From an uncultured bacterium (GTDB taxonomy: Bacteria; Babelota; Babeliae; Babelales; Vermiphilaceae), in NCBI GenBank assembly GCA_963695335.1, contig OY968764.1, positions 736,001 to 800,000 on the forward strand: 64,000 nucleotides of DNA, given 5' to 3'. Positions 57,461 to 64,000 of this stretch are shown here, one piece after another (positions within the stretch are counted from its first letter, which is position 1; each line of letters begins with the position of its first letter). The notes under the pieces were generated by a model. The model was given only the letters and a program-made list of their open reading frames with translations. It had not been told where the DNA came from and ran no database searches. The position numbers were made by a program, and so were the translations under genes.

Positions 57461-58432
57461 TTATTTTTCAGCAGGCGTAATTAAATTTTTACAAACCATT
57501 TTTTGTGCAAAATAATAGTTCAATGTTTTTTGTGGTAGTGTATTATTTGCTAATGTTGTGGTGAGTGGAATTATTGCGTGATGTAGAACATCTTTATTAG
57601 TGCTACGATCGCGGTCGACTTTGTGCATAATCAGATGAGTACCTTGTTTATTAAATGCTATGGTTTCGCAAGAACCAGGAATTTTAGGAAAAATAGGGTA
57701 TTCTTTTTTTTGAGTGAGTAAGTTTTTGATTTTTATGGGAGTTTTCCATCCAATTATATTATCTATTTTTTTAAGATAGAGTATTGCATAAATGTTGCCG
57801 CAAGAAGAAATAGTCAGATTCTGAAAATATTTTTCTCGACGTTTTGTCTTATCTTTTTTGTAAGCAGAAATATTATGAATTTCTTCATTTGTTTTGGTAT
57901 TAACAATTGATAAGGTGTCAACTTTAAAGCTTTTATGAGAAACATATGTCATGGCGCACATATTTTTGTCTGGGGAATACACAGTTAAAAGGACATGAGT
58001 ACCTAAAATCGCTTTATGTTTTAGTAACCAGGTCAATGGCATAACCCTATCTTTACGAAACCTTTCTTCTGTTGGTTCTTCTGGAGAGACCTCTTCTTGA
58101 GAGTTTTCTACTTCTTTTTTGTACATTCTTATAAATATTGGTTTGGAACCTTCTGAGTCAGAACCAAAGTCCATTTCTTCTTCTTTCTCTATGACAACTG
58201 TTTTTGTTTTAGAGTAGAAAGATTTGGGGTACGATGAAGGGCCTTTTTTACGGTTAATAAATTCTTCTTCTGTTTCAACATCATCAAATGTCAAAAAGCT
58301 GGCGATATAATTCATGAGATCAGCCGGCATGTTTGCAAAAAAACATGGAGGGTTTTCTGGCTGCATGGCATTGAGGTGTGTGGAAATAGTGAGTGTGATG
58401 ATAAAGATGAATATATTGTTTTTCATGAGCAT
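57461..58432 (-). CDS. Third member of the F-box-like plus partial propeller secreted family
   Basis: Signal-AMQ; FANMPADLMNYIASFL.FDD.ET.EEFI.R; IAFNKQGTH; KTLNYYFAQKMVCKNL. Confidence 0.75.
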   Translation of the reverse strand: MLMKNNIFIFIITLTISTHLNAMQPENPPCFFANMPADLMNYIASFLTFDDVETEEEFINRKKGPSSYPKSFYSKTKTVVIEKEEEMDFGSDSEGSKPIFIRMYKKEVENSQEEVSPEEPTEERFRKDRVMPLTWLLKHKAILGTHVLLTVYSPDKNMCAMTYVSHKSFKVDTLSIVNTKTNEEIHNISAYKKDKTKRREKYFQNLTISSCGNIYAILYLKKIDNIIGWKTPIKIKNLLTQKKEYPIFPKIPGSCETIAFNKQGTHLIMHKVDRDRSTNKDVLHHAIIPLTTTLANNTLPQKTLNYYFAQKMVCKNLITPAEK

Positions 58433-58493
58433 TTCTTTATTATGTATTTTACATTGCCCATAAGTATAATGCTTAAATTGTCATAAAAAAAGT

Positions 58494-59363
58494 CTATTCT
58501 TGTTGCCAACTATCTTGTGCAACTAATGCTACAACCACCGGAATAGATACACCTTTTCTTTCCCACCACACAATGTATGGTTGATCAATAACAAGATTAT
58601 TGGAACAACATATAGATTCCATCAATGCAATTGCAACCGCACTTTTCACTTCAGCGCCAGTTTCATCAAGAGTAAACTTTGTTTGTTGTTTTGCTTGTTC
58701 TATGCTGTAGGTATCAAATCCCATGCCTAAAAGCCATGATACATCTGGCTGATGATCAATACATGCTTTGGGGAAAATAAGTTTGCCATTGTAATCATAT
58801 GATTCTGTGAGATCTCTTTTGATGGTGTTGACAGTATCAAGCAGTTCAAAACCACTTTGTTGTTCTGTTGCTTTGGTAAGATAAATAATGTCACCTGATT
58901 GCGTGCATAGTTGTGCAATAGGATGTTCATGGTTGGCAGATGAAAAAACTTTATACCCTTTAGAAATTTCAACACCATCATATGTTTGTCCATTATCTGG
59001 GCATAAAATAGTAGTTGGTGTTCCTGCATGCAACCATTCTGTTTTGATATCAAGTATAGATACCACACCAAAACCACGGTCGAAAGGTTCTAGGCGTATA
59101 TCAAAATCTTTGCTTGCAAGAATATTGTTAAGTTCTTCATAACTTCTTGAAGCCCATGCGCCGAGTTCATTTTGCGTGAAATGTGATAGTTCTTTGTGTG
59201 CTGGAGCATACGTGTTAATTAATGTGTGTTGCTGGTGATTGGTTGTAAAAAATTGTTGATACCATGTATCAGATATGTTTTGTGTCCCTGATGCAAAAAT
59301 GATTGATTGTGCTAATGCTTTGATGATCGGTAAGAGAGCGACTGTTTCTGTTGTCATTATCAT
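58494..59363 (-). CDS. Serpin-like protein (short, divergent)
   Basis: KTEW, LIFPK, LLGMG, FTLDETGAE hinge and VIDQPY..W serpin-signature-like motif. Confidence 0.65.
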   Translation of the reverse strand: MIMTTETVALLPIIKALAQSIIFASGTQNISDTWYQQFFTTNHQQHTLINTYAPAHKELSHFTQNELGAWASRSYEELNNILASKDFDIRLEPFDRGFGVVSILDIKTEWLHAGTPTTILCPDNGQTYDGVEISKGYKVFSSANHEHPIAQLCTQSGDIIYLTKATEQQSGFELLDTVNTIKRDLTESYDYNGKLIFPKACIDHQPDVSWLLGMGFDTYSIEQAKQQTKFTLDETGAEVKSAVAIALMESICCSNNLVIDQPYIVWWERKGVSIPVVVALVAQDSWQQE

Positions 59364-59473
59364 GAATGTCCCTTTAACAAATAATGTTAATGTTAATTAT
59401 TCCTGTTTATATAATACCATACAGGTGAAATGGTGTCGAAAGGGGGTATTTTTGATATTTTTTCTAATGAAAA

Positions 59474-60151
59474 TTAACGATGTCGTGTAACGCCAACTTG
59501 TGGGCAGAGTGGCAGCAGCGGGCAGATTGAGCATTTGGGAGAAATGGGCACACAGATATTTTGTCCCCACATGACCATCAGTTTGTTATATTCTGACCAA
59601 TATTTTTGCGGTAACAGTTTTTTGAGCGCTTCTTCTGTTTGCTCAGGGGTTTCTGTTTTTACCAAGCCTAGGCGGTTAGAGATGCGGTGGACATGAGTAT
59701 CAACGCAGATGGCAGGGATGCCAAAGCCTTCAGCAAGGGTCAGATTGGCAGTTTTGGGCCCTACGCCGGGCAATTCGATAAGTTTTTCATACGTATTGGG
59801 GACTTTGCCATTGTACTGTTTGAGTAAGATGGTACAAATTTTTAAGATTTGTGTCGTTTTCTGGCGATAAAAGCCGGTTGGGTAGATCAATTTTTGAATG
59901 GTTGCAGGAGATAAAAGTAGTAATGCTTGCGGGGTTTGAGCATGCTCAAATAAGCGCTGTGATGCAGGTAATGAAACAGAATCTTTTGTCCGTAAACTTA
60001 AAATACAACTGACAAGAATTAAAAAAGGGTTGCGCCCGTAGAGCTCAGTGATGCTGGTTGCGGCTGGTTGAACCATGCCTTTTGTTGCATCCTGCAATAT
60101 TTCTATTATAGAAATTGCGCGTTTTTTTAAATTGTCTTGTCCTTTTGCCAC
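59474..60151 (-). CDS. nth: Endonuclease III
   Basis: LPGVGPKTA HhH, VDTHVHR and C-x6-C-x2-C-x5-C motifs. Confidence 0.97.
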   Translation of the reverse strand: MAKGQDNLKKRAISIIEILQDATKGMVQPAATSITELYGRNPFLILVSCILSLRTKDSVSLPASQRLFEHAQTPQALLLLSPATIQKLIYPTGFYRQKTTQILKICTILLKQYNGKVPNTYEKLIELPGVGPKTANLTLAEGFGIPAICVDTHVHRISNRLGLVKTETPEQTEEALKKLLPQKYWSEYNKLMVMWGQNICVPISPKCSICPLLPLCPQVGVTRHR

Positions 60152-60371
60152 ATTACTACTCTCATTATTTGGTATAGCTGTGAAATTATGTTAGGATGAG
60201 AATTATGTTAGCATCCTGGAGGCATTTCTCCGAATATGAGTGCGAATGCTGCTATGATAAGTGTAGCGAAATTGAAATAGTTTTTCATAATGACTCCAAA
60301 TAGGGTTTTTACAATTTCTTGATTAAATAAAAGAAAGTATAATAAAGCCCTTTTAAAAGCGCAATATAATT

Positions 60372-63065
60372 ATGTTTTTTTTAGAATATATAGAATCAAT
60401 CCTTGGTTCTTTTTACTTTATTTTACCAGCCACTCTTTTATCTTTTTTTCTTAAACTAGGTATTTTAATTGCTTTAGTAAGAAAAACTGCGCATATGGAA
60501 AGAGTAATTAAACCACTCTTCTTCTTGGTTGCCATTCTTATTGGTAATATGTTTTCCGATTTAGCTTGGATATTAAAATTATCACAATTACTTTTTCTAC
60601 CTCAATTGAGTTATCAGATTATTTTATTTATCATACGTTCTGCATGGATATTTTTTATGGTTCAATACCAATCCATGTCATTATTTGTAGAAAGTTTGGT
60701 GACTGATAGATATATTATTTCCCTAAGACAAAAATGTTTGGTCTTTATTAGTAGTATATTTGGTTTATTTTTTGCAATAGCAGCTATTGTTGATTTTAAT
60801 TGTATAGACCCATCCCGTAGAAAATTTAGTTTTGAGCCAACAATTCAAAATCTTGCTACATTTTATGCCTTATTTATTGTTGTGTTGCCAAGTTTGTGTA
60901 TAGCAGTGCAAAAAATTAGATCTTCCGAGTTGCCTCATTTGCTCAAAAAGCAACTTAAATTGTTAATGCAAGGTCTTATAGCGCCTGTTTTTATGGCAGA
61001 TTTAATTCAAGGGTTTCCTTTTAAGATATATGGCATTACATGGATTGCACATACTTATGCGGGCGTTGGGTTTTCCACGATCCTTATTACGTGTGCCATT
61101 TATTTCTGCGCCCGTAAAATTTTTGGATTACGTTTCTTGAATCTCAAAAACCATGTATATCAGCCGATGAATATTAATTTTATTGATGAATTTAAAGGCG
61201 TGTTAGAAAAGTTGAGTAATGTGACTAATTTGCGTGAGCTTGGTCATATTACCCAAAATTTTTGCAAAGAAACCTTTGGTATTCCTGCCAATAAAACACG
61301 TCTTTATTTAAGAAAGATGGATCCAGTTGAAGATAGTACAACATCTCTTGTAGAAACATTCTTGGTAACACATAGCGAGATCATTGAACGTGCTATGCGT
61401 AATGAAAAAGTTCTTATTTATGATGAGATCGATTTTACTCATTTTTACCATGCATGTGAAAAAAGTGAGATTATTCTGAAATTCTTGGGCACGATTAATG
61501 CCGACATTTTCTTGCCGATTTATGAGAATGAAAAACTGATAGCATACATTATTGTTGAGCGGCATGCGCGTAAGCAGCATTTTTATAGTAATGTTGAGCG
61601 TGATGAACTTATTGTTTTCGCAAGTTACCTCGGCAATATCATTAACTTATTGCAGAATAAAAATTTGGACCTTCTCCTTGAACAATCACAGCTCTTGCGT
61701 GATGAGTTGTATGGTAAACATCAAGAGATTGAGCAATATAAAGAAAGTATGCGATCATTTTTGCGTAGGCATAAAACAAAACATATTGGCATTCTGTTTT
61801 ATAAAAACAGACAATTTTCATATGGTAATCATGCCGCTAAAGAGTTGGTTGATGTTAATATTAATCAGCAGCATGGCCATCCATTGGTACAATGTTTGCG
61901 TGATTTGGTGAGGCAAGTTGAATCATTTAAAGCACCAAAGACGGTGTTTGTCAGGGACGGTAGTGATAATCAGCTTGTTGTTTCTGCAGTACCGCATTTA
62001 GAAAAAAGTACTATTATTATCACTGTTTCATACCCATCTATTGCTGACACCATCAAGCACCATGTTGATTTATTAAAAGATCCAAGCGAATGGGATTATT
62101 TGCTGTATTTGCAAACAACACAATCTGGTAAGCTGATCAATCAGCTGATTCCTGGATCGGGGCCAATATTATTGAATTTTAAGATACAGCTGCTGAAAAT
62201 TGCATTGAGTAAAAAGGCTATTTTACTCGAGATGCCTGAACAAGATTTACAGCCTATGGCGGAGATTTTGCATCATATTAGCATGCGAGACGATTTGCAT
62301 GTGATAACGTTGCAAGGCCCATCACACAATTATGATATTGCGATTACATTGTTTGGTATTAATCCAGTTTTTGGCGTGCAAGAAAAATATGGCCAACCGT
62401 TGCTGGAAAAGCTTGATAACGTTGGTACCTTATTTATAAAAAATATTCACTTCCTTGATTTGGAAACGCAAGAATGTTTGGCAACATGTATCCGGTCTGG
62501 CACGTATAATTTGTTCAAAAGCGACCAGAGAATGACAAGTAATGTGCGTATTATGTGCTCAACTAATCAGAATTTAAACGTGTTGATGCAAGAAGGTAAA
62601 TTCAGTAAGGCACTGCTCCAAGAACTTAAATCAACGGTGGTAACCATGCCTTCATTGCTCACACTTCCTGAAGATGAGTTGCTTTCTTTAACAGAAGGTT
62701 TTACACAACAGGCATTGATGTCAGATGCTTTGCAACATGTGTTAGCACTCACTGATAAAGAAAAAGATTCACTTGCTGATCATCGGCCAATCAGTTTGCA
62801 AGAGCTGAAATCTCGTATCCAGCAACTTCTTGTTAAAAAGTCTAAGAAAAATCATATCTATCAAGAAGTTGAGTTTGATCCTACGTATGATATTACCGAT
62901 CCTGGTCTTGTTGAAGCTGCACGTCTTGGTAAAAAAGCATTGCAAGAGCCACGGGTGATGGCATTGCTGTGGAATAAGTTCAAAAATCAAAATAAAATCG
63001 CATTTTTCTTGGGTGTTAATCGTTCTTCTGTTAATCGTCGCTGTAAAGAGTATAATTTAATTTAG
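60372..63065 (+). CDS. Multi-TM sensor fused to degenerate sigma54-interaction AAA domain and Fis-like HTH
   Basis: About 7 TM segments; GAF-like region; GTLFIKNI, NVRIMCSTN, EGKF and MPSL motifs; IAFFLGVNRSSVNRR HTH. Confidence 0.75.
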   Translation: MFFLEYIESILGSFYFILPATLLSFFLKLGILIALVRKTAHMERVIKPLFFLVAILIGNMFSDLAWILKLSQLLFLPQLSYQIILFIIRSAWIFFMVQYQSMSLFVESLVTDRYIISLRQKCLVFISSIFGLFFAIAAIVDFNCIDPSRRKFSFEPTIQNLATFYALFIVVLPSLCIAVQKIRSSELPHLLKKQLKLLMQGLIAPVFMADLIQGFPFKIYGITWIAHTYAGVGFSTILITCAIYFCARKIFGLRFLNLKNHVYQPMNINFIDEFKGVLEKLSNVTNLRELGHITQNFCKETFGIPANKTRLYLRKMDPVEDSTTSLVETFLVTHSEIIERAMRNEKVLIYDEIDFTHFYHACEKSEIILKFLGTINADIFLPIYENEKLIAYIIVERHARKQHFYSNVERDELIVFASYLGNIINLLQNKNLDLLLEQSQLLRDELYGKHQEIEQYKESMRSFLRRHKTKHIGILFYKNRQFSYGNHAAKELVDVNINQQHGHPLVQCLRDLVRQVESFKAPKTVFVRDGSDNQLVVSAVPHLEKSTIIITVSYPSIADTIKHHVDLLKDPSEWDYLLYLQTTQSGKLINQLIPGSGPILLNFKIQLLKIALSKKAILLEMPEQDLQPMAEILHHISMRDDLHVITLQGPSHNYDIAITLFGINPVFGVQEKYGQPLLEKLDNVGTLFIKNIHFLDLETQECLATCIRSGTYNLFKSDQRMTSNVRIMCSTNQNLNVLMQEGKFSKALLQELKSTVVTMPSLLTLPEDELLSLTEGFTQQALMSDALQHVLALTDKEKDSLADHRPISLQELKSRIQQLLVKKSKKNHIYQEVEFDPTYDITDPGLVEAARLGKKALQEPRVMALLWNKFKNQNKIAFFLGVNRSSVNRRCKEYNLI

Positions 63066-63066
63066 A

Positions 63067-63238
63067 CGCTCGAAGATACCCTTCGACAGGCTCAGGGCGA
63101 GCGCCTAAAATATTGTTGTATAGATCAATAAATTTATATTTCTTAGAGTTCGTATGCTTCGACAGGCTCAGCACGAACGGGACAAGATCTATTTTCCCGC
63201 GCTCGTCCTGAACTTGTTGAAGGATATCTTCGAGCGCT
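63067..63238. repeat. Cluster of three family A palindromes
   Basis: CCCTTCGACAGGCTCAGGGCGAGCGC; CTTCGACAGGCTCAGCACGAAC; GCTCGTCCTGAACTTGTTGAAGG. Confidence 0.85.
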
Positions 63239-63253
63239 AAAAAGAGAGTAGTT

Positions 63254-64000
63254 ATGAAAAAAGAAGAATTTGAACAACATAAAGAAGCATTCTTATTACA
63301 CCTTAAAGCGGAGCGTAATTTCTCGGAACATACGCTGCGCGCTTATTTTTTAGACTTAAATCAATTTATTTCTTTTTGGTCAGACATGTCTGATTATGAT
63401 ATGCAAAATCTTGGATTGCGGCAAATCATTGAACGGTATTTAGTAGCACTGTTTTATAAAAAAATAAGTAAGACTTCCATTGCACGTAAATTTTCCTGTT
63501 TTACATCATTTGAACGTTTTCTTGAAACACGTGGCATTGAGCTTAATTTAAATTTAAAACGGCCACGTATCGATAAAAAATTACCTATCTACTTTAGTGT
63601 TGATGAACTTTGTTATCTTTTGGATGGGATTAAAAATGAATCGCTACCAACCAAATATCCCGTGCGTGATAAAACGATATTTGAACTGCTGTATGCAACC
63701 GGTGTGCGTTGTTCGGAACTGGTTAATATCTGCATTCAAGATGTTAATATGGATGAACGCACTATTCGTATCTTGGGTAAAGGAAAGCGAGAGCGGATTG
63801 TACTGTTTGGTGATAAAGCGCGTGAGAAAATTTTGTATTATTATAAAGCAGAACGGCCTGTGATACAAAATCAAGAAGAAGCACTGTTTTTGAACTATCG
63901 ATATGAAAAACTGACAACGCGTTCTGTGCAGCGCATTATCAAAATGTTTAGAGCATTTCTGCCCATAGATCGGCAACTGACACCTCATAAATTGCGTCAC
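63254..64000 (+). CDS. xerC: XerC/D-type tyrosine recombinase (3' truncated by window edge)
   Basis: Hand translation: ERNFSEHTLRAY, ELLYATGVRCSEL, GKGKRER, TPHKLRH. Confidence 0.88.
   Translation, partial: MKKEEFEQHKEAFLLHLKAERNFSEHTLRAYFLDLNQFISFWSDMSDYDMQNLGLRQIIERYLVALFYKKISKTSIARKFSCFTSFERFLETRGIELNLNLKRPRIDKKLPIYFSVDELCYLLDGIKNESLPTKYPVRDKTIFELLYATGVRCSELVNICIQDVNMDERTIRILGKGKRERIVLFGDKAREKILYYYKAERPVIQNQEEALFLNYRYEKLTTRSVQRIIKMFRAFLPIDRQLTPHKLRH

Noticed and set aside
60180..60310. Possible structured ncRNA (6S-like) between nth and the regulator
   Set aside because: Only short pairings and an 11-bp direct repeat (AATTATGTTAG); too short and no recognisable family motif. An Infernal/Rfam search would decide.
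63254..64000. Tyrosine recombinase as the integrase for the glmS cassettes or a prophage
   Set aside because: Looks like housekeeping XerC/D, lies about 61 kb from glmS and has no phage context; no evidence links them.
27..64000. Numerous 60-140 aa ORFs antisense to or overlapping recognised genes
   Set aside because: No motifs or RBS; expected by chance opposite real coding sequences.

Overview
This is an AT-rich bacterial chromosome segment. Gene content points to an obligate intracellular parasite of protists, most likely Dependentiae (TM6/Babelota); this is an inference from the tandem NTT nucleotide transporters, ankyrin/F-box-like proteins, many short signal-peptide orphans and tsf-frr without pyrH. 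The housekeeping backbone includes glmS (partial), ctpA, sod, lysS, recJ, cmk, lon (split by +1 nt), rpsB, SRP RNA, dnaX, der, cca, argS, tsf, frr, trxB, rpmH, rnpA, yidD, thrS, nth, xerC (partial) and three tRNAs. Interleaved are predicted secreted effectors, an AbiE-type toxin-antitoxin pair, a Sec-type polymorphic RNase toxin/immunity locus, an intact IS982 with a matching MITE, and dense, nested palindromic repeats. Three observations stand out. (1) Small secreted paralogs next to glmS carry, after the bacterial signal peptide, a Met-initiated, basic, acid-free segment with an R-S-F-(S/C/Y)-T motif, resembling a eukaryotic mitochondrial presequence. (2) The last 9 codons of glmS occur three times with only synonymous differences and delimit these effector cassettes. 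(3) Across the window, signal peptides are followed by Met at the predicted mature N-terminus. All product calls come from motif recognition by eye; no searches were run.
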